In this document: in pieces, positions 21,068 through 29,353 of the stretch
Numbering within the stretch: the first letter of the stretch is position 1
Layout of the letters: each line of letters opens with the position of its first letter
From: Bacillota bacterium
GTDB lineage: Bacteria > Bacillota > Clostridia > Peptostreptococcales > Anaerovoracaceae
Length of the DNA: 64,000 bases
Assembly (NCBI GenBank): GCA_022793795.1
Contig: JAAWDM010000050.1
Location: 476 to 64,475 of the forward strand
Reading direction: 5' to 3'
The notes under the pieces: model-generated
Databases searched by the model: none
The model's input: the letters and a program-made list of their open reading frames with translations, nothing else
What the model was told of the DNA's origin: nothing
Program-made: the position numbers and the translations under genes

Positions 21068-23242
21068 TTATAACTTCATGGTCAAACCGATTTTTTTCTT
21101 GTCATAGTCAATGGAAATAATCTTGACTTTCACCGTATCGCCTACCGACACCACATCCATAGGGTGTTTCACATACTTATCGCTTAACTGCGATATATGC
21201 ACCAGGCCGTCGTTTTTCACTCCGATGTCCACAAAGGCGCCGAAATCTACCACGTTGCGAACCGTTCCGGTCATCTCCATGTCGATTTTCAAATCCTCAA
21301 AGGACTTTACATCGTTGCGGAATACCACCGGCGGCGCATCTTCACGAGGGTCTCTGGCCGGCTTTTTCATTTCTTCTATAATATCCCCCAGGGTCATCTC
21401 ACCCAAGCCCAACTCCTGTGCCATGAGGGAAACGCTCTGGGAAAAAGATTTTGCAGGGTAGACCGACTTAATCTTTGCTTCAATGGTCTGATCCCCGCCC
21501 CGCTGAATGGCGGCGCTGTCCACGCTGAGTTTCTCCATCATAGCCCGAGCTGCCTGGTAAGACTCTGGATGAACGGAAGTGGCGTCCAAAGGCTCCCTGC
21601 CGTCGGAAATTCTCAAAAATCCAGCGCACTGTCCAAAGGCCTTTTCTCCCAGCTTCGGCACCTTCATCAATTCCTTCCGGCTCTGAAAGCTGCCGTGTTC
21701 CTCCCGGTAAGCTACGATATTCTTGGCGATACCCATGTTGATACCTGCCACATAGCTCAATAACGATGGGGAGGCCGTGTTCAAATCCACCCCCACTCGG
21801 TTTACACAGTTTTCCACCACACCCCGCAAAGCGCCCTCTAGCAGCTTCTGATTGATGTCGTGCTGATACTGGCCCACGCCGATGCTCTTTGGGTCAATCT
21901 TCACCAGTTCGGCCAGAGGGTCCTGAAGACGGCGGCCCAAAGACATGGCCCCTCTAGTGGTCACATCCAAATCTGGATATTCCTCTGTGGCCAGTTTGGA
22001 TGCAGAGTAAACAGAAGCTCCTGCTTCGTTGACGATGGTGTACTGAATGGGATATCCGTTTTTCTTGATGAATCCGGCCACCACCTCCTCGGTTTCCCTG
22101 GAACCGGTACCGTTGCCGATGACGATAATATCGGTGTGGAACTTGTCCACCAGCTTTTTCAGCGCCGCCTCGGCGCCTGCAATATCCTTCTTGGGCTCTG
22201 TTGGGTAGATGGTAGTATAGGCTTTCAGCTTCCCCGTTTCGTCCAAAACCGCCACCTTGCAGCCGGTTCGATAGCCTGGGTCAATGCTGATGATTCGCTT
22301 ACCCTTTACCGGCGGCGCCATAAGCAGACTTTCCGTATTTTTTGCAAAAATCTTCACTGCCTCTGCTTCTGCTCTTTCGGTTAGCATGTTTCGCATCTCT
22401 CGCTCAATGGACGGGGCCATAAGCCGCTTATATGCATCGGTAATGGTATCCTGTAACAATGGATAAAAGATGGACTTTTCATTTCTAAGGACAGATTTTC
22501 CTATGAGTTGATGAATTCGCTCTGCATCTACGCTGACCTTAACCTTCAGCTTCTTTTCCTTTTCTCCTCTGTTGATGGCCAACACCCTGTGGTTAGGAAT
22601 CTTCGCCAGGGCTTCCTGATGGTCATAGTACATATCGTAAACTGTCTTTTCCTCTGGGTCTACTCCTTCGGTGACCATAAGACCGGCCTGATAGGTTGCC
22701 TGTCTTACCTCTCCCACGATTTCTGCATCGTCGGCTATGGTTTCGGCGATGATGTCCATGGCTCCCTGCAAAGCGTCTGCTGCCGTCTCAATCTCTTTTT
22801 CCGGGTTGATGTATGGCTCCGCTGCATCCTCCGGCCTTCCCTCTGTCAAAAGCTGGGCGTACAGCACCATGGCCAAGGGCTCCAATCCCCGTTCTCTGGC
22901 CTTGGAAGCTCTGGTGGCTTTTTTCTGCTTAAAGGGTTTATATAAATCCTCCACCCTCTGCAAAACCTCTGCTTTTTGGATTTCGGCTGCCAGTTCTTCT
23001 GTCAGCTTGCCCTGCTCTTCGATGAGGCGGATGACCTCTTCCTTTCTCTCTTCCAGATTCCTCAGGTATTTCAGTCTCTCATCCATATCTCTCAAAATCA
23101 CGTCGGACAGGCCGCCGGTCACTTCTTTTCTATATCTGGCGATGAAGGGAATGGTGTTTCCCTCATCGATTAACTCCACCGTATGTTCCACCTGGGAAAC
23201 CTTGATGTTAAATTCACTCGCTAATTTTTGGATAATATTCAT
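21068..23242 (-). CDS. tex: Tex-like S1 RNA-binding transcription accessory protein
   Basis: IPFIARYRKE, YqgF/HhH regions and a C-terminal S1 domain. ATG at 23242 follows AGGAAGG. Confidence 0.9.
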   Translation of the reverse strand: MNIIQKLASEFNIKVSQVEHTVELIDEGNTIPFIARYRKEVTGGLSDVILRDMDERLKYLRNLEERKEEVIRLIEEQGKLTEELAAEIQKAEVLQRVEDLYKPFKQKKATRASKARERGLEPLAMVLYAQLLTEGRPEDAAEPYINPEKEIETAADALQGAMDIIAETIADDAEIVGEVRQATYQAGLMVTEGVDPEEKTVYDMYYDHQEALAKIPNHRVLAINRGEKEKKLKVKVSVDAERIHQLIGKSVLRNEKSIFYPLLQDTITDAYKRLMAPSIEREMRNMLTERAEAEAVKIFAKNTESLLMAPPVKGKRIISIDPGYRTGCKVAVLDETGKLKAYTTIYPTEPKKDIAGAEAALKKLVDKFHTDIIVIGNGTGSRETEEVVAGFIKKNGYPIQYTIVNEAGASVYSASKLATEEYPDLDVTTRGAMSLGRRLQDPLAELVKIDPKSIGVGQYQHDINQKLLEGALRGVVENCVNRVGVDLNTASPSLLSYVAGINMGIAKNIVAYREEHGSFQSRKELMKVPKLGEKAFGQCAGFLRISDGREPLDATSVHPESYQAARAMMEKLSVDSAAIQRGGDQTIEAKIKSVYPAKSFSQSVSLMAQELGLGEMTLGDIIEEMKKPARDPREDAPPVVFRNDVKSFEDLKIDMEMTGTVRNVVDFGAFVDIGVKNDGLVHISQLSDKYVKHPMDVVSVGDTVKVKIISIDYDKKKIGLTMKL

Positions 23243-23258
23243 AAATGTCCTTCCTGTT

Positions 23259-24387
23259 TTACTCCTCTCTCTGCCGCAGCTTTTCATTGATGAAATAGTC
23301 GATATCGCCATCCATCACTGCCTGCACGTTGCTGGTCTCTGCTCCGGTTCTATGATCCTTGACCATGGTATATGGCTGGAACACATAGGAACGAATCTGG
23401 GAACCCCATGTATTCATGGAGTAATCGCCCTTCAGTTCCTTGAGATTTTCCTTATGCTCCTGCTCTGCCAATTCCGTCAGCCTTGCCATCAAAATCTTCA
23501 TGGCCATCTCTTTATTCTGATGTTGGCTTCGTTCGTTTTGGCAGGTGACCACAATATTGGTAGGCAAATGGGTGATTCGGATGGCGGAATCAGTCTTGTT
23601 GACATGCTGTCCACCTGCCCCGCTGCTTCGGTAGGTATCGATTCTCAAATCCTCCGGGTCGATTTCCACCGTAATATCCTCTTCCAGCTCCGGCGTCACT
23701 TCCAACATGGCAAAAGAGGTCTGCCGCTTTCCCGCCGCATTAAACGGAGAGATTCTCACCAGCCTGTGAACCCCCTTTTCATTTTTCAGATAGCCGTATA
23801 CATTTTCACCGGACACCAAAAAAGTGGCGCTCTTGATTCCCGCCTCTGTATCGTCCTGCAAATCTAGCAGTTTCACACTGTAGTTCTTTTTTTCACACCA
23901 ACGGGTATACATGCGAAGCAGCATAGAGGCCCAATCCATGGCATCCACACCGCCGGTTCCCGCATGAATGGAAAGGATAGCATTGCAATGGTCGTACTTT
24001 CCCGTGAGAAGAGTGCGAAGCCGCATCTCCTCCAGCTTTTGCTTCAAATCGTCAAATAGCGATTGAATCTCCTGGGCCATCTGATCCAGATCTTCCTGAC
24101 TGCTACCGCCGGCTTCCTCCATCTCTGCCAGCTCAATCAGTTCCTCCACATCACCAAGGCCCCTTTCCAAACTGCGAAACTCTTCCAGGGTCTGCTCCAT
24201 GGACTTTTTCTCCCGCATGATCTTCTGGGCATATTCTAAATGATTCCAAAAATCTTCCTGCTCAATCTCACGATTGGTTCTCTCAAGTTCCGACTCTAAT
24301 TTAGCCAGGTCAAAGAGAGTCACCGACTTCCATTAGGATAGGCTTTAACGCCGGAATTTCGGACTTGATTCCATCAAGCTGAATCAT
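23259..24387 (-). CDS. prfB: Peptide chain release factor 2, expressed via a programmed +1 frameshift
   Basis: Frame 0 reads MIQLDGIKSEIPALKPILMEVGDSL-TGA from ATG at 24387. The +1 frame continues DLAKLESEL... The SPF-type region and GGQHVNKTDSAIRITH (GGQ) are present. Confidence 0.93.
24309..24315 (-). promoter_or_regulatory. RF2 autoregulatory +1 frameshift site CTT TGA C
   Basis: The minus strand reads TCT CTT TGA CCT; codon 26 is an in-frame TGA, and the downstream ORF is in the +1 frame. Confidence 0.9.
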
Positions 24388-24535
24388 GTTTGTTCCTCCT
24401 TATCGCTCTTCATTTTTCAAAGATATACTCCTTAAAATTTTAACACAAACCCCCGTCCCTCCTCAAGCCGGTTTTGAAAAGAATGTGGTTTATTTTTCGG
24501 TGCAAAACGTTCCCCCGCGAGGCTTCCTCCAAAAG

Positions 24536-24574
24536 TCATCCGAAATCGTCGATTTTCAAATTTTATGTATAACA
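24536..24574 (-). repeat. Bipartite element copy 1 (TGTTATACAT-N18-ATTTCGGATGA on the minus strand)
   Basis: Plus strand has TCATCCGAAAT (24536-24546) and ATGTATAACA (24565-24574). Confidence 0.8.
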
Positions 24575-24587
24575 AAACTCCCGATTT

Positions 24588-24626
24588 TCATCCGAAATTC
24601 TTAAAATCCCTCAAAAATGTATAACA
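24588..24626 (-). repeat. Bipartite element copy 2, 52 bp from copy 1
   Basis: Plus strand has TCATCCGAAAT (24588-24598) and ATGTATAACA (24617-24626), with the identical 18-nt spacing. Confidence 0.8.
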
Positions 24627-24666
24627 CCGCCTTTAGCGATACGACGCGCAGGGTGCAAATGACCTC

Positions 24667-24707
24667 AAGAAAAGGGTGAATATGAGAATCATTCCTATAT
24701 TCACCCT
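24667..24707 (-). terminator. Terminator of the 153-aa membrane-anchored protein gene
   Basis: Perfect 11-bp stem AGGGTGAATAT (24673-24683) / ATATTCACCCT (24697-24707), with a U-run on the minus strand. Confidence 0.65.
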
Positions 24708-24763
24708 ACATTTTACCATTATATGTAAATTTCATCTTGTCAATCGTATGCTCCAAGGAGCTG

Positions 24764-24802
24764 TGGTATACATTTTTGAAAGAAAATCAATTTTTCGGAT
24801 GA
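24764..24802 (+). repeat. Bipartite element copy 3, opposite orientation (TGGTATACAT-N18-TTTTCGGATGA)
   Basis: TGGTATACAT (24764-24773) and TTTTCGGATGA (24792-24802). The spacer shares TTTTGA..AAAATC with the other copies. Confidence 0.75.
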
Positions 24803-24820
24803 CTTTCTCTCCGTGGAGCT

Positions 24821-25282
24821 TTATGAAACCACCTGGCCAGCCTCAAGATAGCCATCCAACACATCAAACACCTGATGGTCAGGCTTCATCCACAGGGTTT
24901 GTTTCCCCGGAATTGCAAACCAGATACTGTTTTCCTCTGTCTGAAAACTGAACATTTGCTCTTCTCCATCTGAAAGGAGTACCAAAATTACATAGGAAAT
25001 CCCTTTGGTTCCATCCCCGCCGTTATATGGCAAGCGTCTTCCTTCCACCAGCAAAATGTCTTCCAAAAAACTTTTGATTTCTTTCTGTTCCGTCAACTCA
25101 ACCCTAAGTTCCACCGGCGCAAACTTGTCAATAATGACCTTCTCAATTTGTGTATGCCCCGCATCCACGTTCCAATATTCAGCCAGGGAGACAGGCCCCA
25201 GCCCATAAAGAAGCAAAACCGCCGCAAGCGCAATAATCAGTAACACACCAAACCAAAGTTTTTTATGTTTTCTCAATTCCAT
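24821..25282 (-). CDS. Hypothetical membrane-anchored protein (153 aa)
   Basis: N-terminal KHKKLWFGVLLIIALAAVLLLYGL signal-anchor; strong RBS AAGGAGAGG; no recognisable family. Confidence 0.6.
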   Translation of the reverse strand: MELRKHKKLWFGVLLIIALAAVLLLYGLGPVSLAEYWNVDAGHTQIEKVIIDKFAPVELRVELTEQKEIKSFLEDILLVEGRRLPYNGGDGTKGISYVILVLLSDGEEQMFSFQTEENSIWFAIPGKQTLWMKPDHQVFDVLDGYLEAGQVVS

Positions 25283-25380
25283 TCTACCTCTCCTTTTCTT
25301 AGTACAGTTTTTTGAGTATACTCTTCTTCCTCGTTTAATGCAACAAACTTACACTATAAATTCGAAGTAAAGTTTCCCTC

Positions 25381-25424
25381 AAAAAATACAAGACCCCTAT
25401 ATAACAATTTTATAGAGGTCTTGT
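25381..25424 (-). terminator. Terminator of the 92-aa ORF
   Basis: ACAAGACCCCTATA (25388-25401) / TATAGAGGTCTTGT (25411-25424) with one mismatch. The A6 run at 25381-25386 is a U-run on the minus strand. Confidence 0.6.
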
Positions 25425-25507
25425 AAAATCTTATCTACATTTTATTATAATTATATTCTCTATTTTATATCATATGTAAATATAGATTTGTAATGCTATC
25501 AAAGAAT

Positions 25508-25786
25508 TTAATCATATAAATATTGTACTGAATATCCATCTGCAGGAAACCATTCCCATTGTCCCTCATAAAGTCTGGCAGTAAACTTCGCCGCAATCTG
25601 CACACCTGTTATAGATGTGTATTTCGCCAACATGGTATACACTTCATTTACCATATTAGTCTGGTTAATTGTAGATAAATTACAGAAAGCATTTGCAACA
25701 GTTGCTACCCAACTGAAATTAGGAAGTAATCCTGCAATAAGCATTCCGGCCTCTTTTACTACGGCGGTAGTTCCTAAGGGATACAT
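25508..25786 (-). CDS. Hypothetical protein (92 aa as listed; may be the C-terminal part of a ~125-aa frameshifted gene)
   Basis: ORF-track entry with only a poorly spaced RBS. The upstream overlapping ORF carries the strong RBS. Confidence 0.4.
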   Translation of the reverse strand: MYPLGTTAVVKEAGMLIAGLLPNFSWVATVANAFCNLSTINQTNMVNEVYTMLAKYTSITGVQIAAKFTARLYEGQWEWFPADGYSVQYLYD

Positions 25787-25875
25787 ATCAACAAACTGTC
25801 TCCTTGTATATGTCGCAAATGGAGACCATGCATAATCGCTGGAGCTTGTCTGTCAGATAAATACTTTTTTGCCAT
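25774..25875 (-). CDS. 33-codon upstream ORF (MAKKYLSDRQAPAIMHGLHLRHIQGDSLLICIP) overlapping the start of the 92-aa ORF
   Basis: ATG at 25875 is preceded by AAAGGAGAAACAAA. The stop TAG (25774-25776) lies 10 nt inside the next ORF. It is too short for the track. Confidence 0.35.
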   Translation of the reverse strand: MAKKYLSDRQAPAIMHGLHLRHIQGDSLLICIP

Positions 25876-26265
25876 TTTGTTTCTCCTTTCATTTCAAGGC
25901 ATTTAGAACTTTGTCTCTGCCTTGCTCTTTTTCTTTTGTTTGTTTTATAATCTGTTCGAACTGATTACACTAATAAAAACGCTTTTGGTAGCACATTTGT
26001 AAACCTGCCTAAAAATTTTAAAAGTTTCATTTGGCAGTTTCTCTGTCTCCTTTGGATATATGTGTATTTACTGGAAAACCAGGAAACCTCTTCTCAAATT
26101 TTACAAGAAGCACATGCCCCGCACATAGCATACCATGCTTTCATCATCTCCCGAATAAAATTCCATTCTTTTGTACATCCTACTCCTATTAGTAAATCGC
26201 CGCCCGAAGAGGCGGTACATACTACTCCTCACAAAAAAGCGAGGATGTTTCATAGGAGTAAAAAC

Positions 26266-27756
26266 ATGAAAAAATCTCATTCAAATGCACAAACCGGCGT
26301 ACAAAACACCCAAGAGGTCCATACCCTCAGTTTTTCTAAGTTAACCGCTATGATTATCGGTTCCACCATTGGCGGCGGCATTTTCACCACCGCAGGGGAT
26401 ATGGCCAGAGCAGGCGCTCATACTGGAAGCGTCCTTATCGGCTGGCTCATCTGCGGCATCGGCATGTTCGGCCTGATGATGTGTTTCTTTGGTTTAAATA
26501 AGGAAAGGCCCGACTTGACCAACGGCGTCTATAGTTATGCCCGCGAAGGCTTTGGCGAATTCGTAGGTTTTCATTCAGCCTGGGGTTACTGGGTCAGCGC
26601 CTTTCTATGCAATGTATCCTACACCACCCTGCTCTTCGGTGCTCTGGGCTACTTTTTCCCAGTCTTCGGCGCTGGCAATAATCCCGTCTCCGTGGTTTGC
26701 GCCTCCGTTCTCATCTGGCTCCTTACCTGGCTGGTACTGCGGGGCGTTAAGGAAGCTGCGGCTCTCAACCTGATTACCACCATCAGCAAAATCATTCCTA
26801 TTTTGGTGTTTATCATTGCCGTTCTCTTTGTGGGCGCGTTTAAGCCCTCTGTTTTCATGGAAAACTTCTGGGGAACCGATGGCGCCAGCGATAATCAAGT
26901 TTTAGGACTGCCCCTGGCAGACCAGATTAAAGCCACCACTGCCGCTACTGTCTGGTCCTTTATCGGTGTGGAAGGCGCAGTGGTCCTTTCCGGCAGAGCA
27001 GAGCGTGCCAGCGATGTTGGAAAAGCCTCTCTCACTGGCTTTATCGGAATCCTGGCCATTTATGTTATGGTTGCCATTCTAAGCATGGGGGTTTTGACCA
27101 CCGAAGAACTGGCTGCTCTGGACAATCCCCAGATGGCAGGGATTTTGGAAGTAGCTGTAGGCCCATGGGGCGCAATTCTAGTCAATATCGGCGTCATCCT
27201 TTCCCTAGCTGGCGCGCTTTTGGGCTGGACAATCTTAGCGGCGGACTGTCCTTATTCTGCGGCCAAACAGGGCGTGTTTATGAAAATCTTCACTCGCTCC
27301 AACCAGAACGGCTCCCCTACCTTCTCCCTATTTTTAACCAATGGTCTGGTGCAGTTCTTCCTTATCATCAGCCTGTTCAGCGATTCTACCTACCAAGTGT
27401 TCTATTACATGAGCGCCACCATGATTATGGTTCCCTATTTCTTAAGCGCCCTGTATTACCTGAAGCTGCTTTGGGACTCCCGTCAGGCCTCGTCCTCTCC
27501 GTCTCTTTCTGCCTGGATTTTCGCTGTCATCGGCACGGTCTATGGCCTTTGGATGATTTATTCCTCTGGTCTGGAGCAGTTTTTAATCTCCTCCATCTTA
27601 TATGCGCCGGGAATCATCGTCTTTGCCCTAGGAAAACGTGAACGAGGCGACCAGGTTTTTATAAGGAAATACGAAGTAGTCATCGCCGTGCTGCTGACCT
27701 TGCTGGCGGTTATCTCCCTGGTTATGATCGCCATAGGTAAACTGAATCCACTATAA
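26266..27756 (+). CDS. APC-superfamily basic amino acid/polyamine antiporter (ArcD-like arginine:ornithine antiporter family)
   Basis: GGGIFTTAGDMA..GWLICGIGMFGLM..PDLTNGVYSYAREGFGEFVGFHSAWGYWVSA pattern. ATG at 26266 follows AGGAG. Confidence 0.75.
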   Translation: MKKSHSNAQTGVQNTQEVHTLSFSKLTAMIIGSTIGGGIFTTAGDMARAGAHTGSVLIGWLICGIGMFGLMMCFFGLNKERPDLTNGVYSYAREGFGEFVGFHSAWGYWVSAFLCNVSYTTLLFGALGYFFPVFGAGNNPVSVVCASVLIWLLTWLVLRGVKEAAALNLITTISKIIPILVFIIAVLFVGAFKPSVFMENFWGTDGASDNQVLGLPLADQIKATTAATVWSFIGVEGAVVLSGRAERASDVGKASLTGFIGILAIYVMVAILSMGVLTTEELAALDNPQMAGILEVAVGPWGAILVNIGVILSLAGALLGWTILAADCPYSAAKQGVFMKIFTRSNQNGSPTFSLFLTNGLVQFFLIISLFSDSTYQVFYYMSATMIMVPYFLSALYYLKLLWDSRQASSSPSLSAWIFAVIGTVYGLWMIYSSGLEQFLISSILYAPGIIVFALGKRERGDQVFIRKYEVVIAVLLTLLAVISLVMIAIGKLNPL

Positions 27757-27849
27757 TGCTTCCTTTTTAATCTATTTCCTTCTGAATACTTTACTTTTCT
27801 TCCTTATCATTGTATATTGTGAGTATCTAAACAGTTAGGCGGGGTGCAT

Positions 27850-28015
27850 ATGGAATACATGGACGTAAAAATCGCTGCCCAGCGCTGGTGTCTTTCGGAA
27901 CGCCGTGTCAGTGGATTTTGCAGAGAAGGCCGCATCCCTGGCGCCGAAAAGAGGGGAAAAGCTGGTATATTCCAGAGGACGTCCCTCGCCCTACAGACCA
28001 GCGAAAGCAGACTGA
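27850..28015 (+). pseudogene. Frameshifted remnant of a small HTH DNA-binding protein
   Basis: MEYMDVKIAAQRWCLSERRVSGFCREGRIPGAEKRGK in one frame continues as SWYIPEDVPRPTDQRKQ in another. Confidence 0.55.
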
Positions 28016-28063
28016 TGCCCACATCCAGTCCATACGCCCCTTTCCCTTGGCGCCCTGTGCCGC

Positions 28064-28390
28064 ATGCTCCACCATCATCACGGTATCGCGCCCATCATTA
28101 TCATAGACGAATACGACACCCCCATTCAGCAAGGACATGTCCACGGCTATTACCAGGAGTTCGTCAGCTTTATGCGTAGCTTCTTTTCCTCAGGGCTCAA
28201 GGATAACCACAGTCTGTCCTTCGCTTTCCTTACGGGAATCCTTCGGGTGACTAGGGAAAGCATTTTTAGCGAACTCAACAATCTGAAGGTCTACTCTGCG
28301 CTGGACGAGCGATACAGTGAGTATTTTGGATTTACGGAAAAGCAGGTGGTAATCCTGACCAAAGGAGGAAATTTCAATGGATCGAACTGA
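28064..28390 (+). pseudogene. Internal fragment of an AAA-ATPase-like (PF09820-type) gene
   Basis: IIIDEYDTPIQQGHVHGYYQEFVSFMRSFFSSGLKDNHSLSFAFLTGILRVTRESIFSELNNL is the typical mid-section. Both the N-terminal ATPase start and the C-terminal PDDEXK part are missing. Confidence 0.6.
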
Positions 28391-28826
28391 ACATGTGGAG
28401 CTGGCTGTATTATGCTTAGTATATAACGAAAACGCTTATCTTTTGCAGGACAAGGTCAGCGAAGTTTGGAAAGGTTACACTTTGCCTGGCGGCCATATCG
28501 AACCAGGCGAGTCCATCACAAACGCCGTCATTCGCGAAGTGAAGGAAGAAACCGGCCTGACCATTTTTGCGCCCAAACTGCGAGGTATTAAGCAATTTCC
28601 CATCGCAAATGGGCGATACATAGTTTTTCTATTCAGCGCCGACCAATTTGAGGGTGAGTTGACCTCCTCCGAGGAAGGGAATATGTACTGGATTCCAAAA
28701 GACCAGCTCCATACCGTCAACTTAGTAGAGGATTTTAATGAATTGCTTCAAGTCATATTAGATGATAATTTAATCGAATTTCAATATGTCGGCCAGGATA
28801 ATAACTGGAAGGTTTTGTTGCATTAG
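28377..28826 (+). CDS. NUDIX hydrolase
   Basis: Nudix box GGHIEPGESITNAVIREVKEETGL. Confidence 0.85.
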   Translation: MDRTEHVELAVLCLVYNENAYLLQDKVSEVWKGYTLPGGHIEPGESITNAVIREVKEETGLTIFAPKLRGIKQFPIANGRYIVFLFSADQFEGELTSSEEGNMYWIPKDQLHTVNLVEDFNELLQVILDDNLIEFQYVGQDNNWKVLLH

Positions 28827-28875
28827 TGTGCAAACATATCCTAGCAAAAAAGGTTAATCTGAAGGAGTAAGAAAA

Positions 28876-29337
28876 ATGGAACTAAAACGTATATCAATCG
28901 ATGACTTAGAAATTATATGGAAGATGCAAATAGAAGCCTTTTCTGATCTACTGGATAAATATCAGGATTATGAAACAAATCCAGGAAACGAGTCAAAAGA
29001 ACGATTGAAGGCAAAACTTTTGCAAAAAGCCACATACTTTTATTATATCGTTCAAGATGGTCAAACTGTAGGCGCCATTCGAATTGTGGACAACCATGAC
29101 GGAACCCCCAAAAGAATTGCCCCTATTTTTATCATGAAGCGCTACAGAAACAAAGGGCTTGCCCAAAGGGCAATTATGATGGTAGAGGCCATCCATGGCA
29201 AAAATAATTGGCAGCTGGATACAATCCTGCAGGAAAAGCAGAATTGCTACCTATATGAAAAAATGGGCTACCGGCGAACTGGAAAAATGGAAAAAGTAAA
29301 TGGCAAAATGGACATTGTCGATTACGAAAAAATTTAG
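28876..29337 (+). CDS. GNAT family N-acetyltransferase
   Basis: 153 aa with an acetyl-CoA motif-A-like YRNKGLAQ. Confidence 0.75.
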   Translation: MELKRISIDDLEIIWKMQIEAFSDLLDKYQDYETNPGNESKERLKAKLLQKATYFYYIVQDGQTVGAIRIVDNHDGTPKRIAPIFIMKRYRNKGLAQRAIMMVEAIHGKNNWQLDTILQEKQNCYLYEKMGYRRTGKMEKVNGKMDIVDYEKI

Positions 29338-29353
29338 GGTAGCTGGTAATGAT

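Noticed and set aside
22737-23867. 376-aa plus-strand ORF spanning the tex/prfB junction
   Set aside because: It is antisense to two genes with unmistakable Tex and RF2 motifs. It has a low-complexity Ser/Leu-rich translation and no RBS.
24823-24951. 43-codon plus-strand ORF (MKPPGQPQDSHPTHQ...) downstream of bipartite element copy 3
   Set aside because: It lies fully antisense to the 3' end of the well-supported 153-aa gene and has a Pro/Gln-rich low-complexity translation. It is mentioned only as a possible consequence of the copy-3 promoter.
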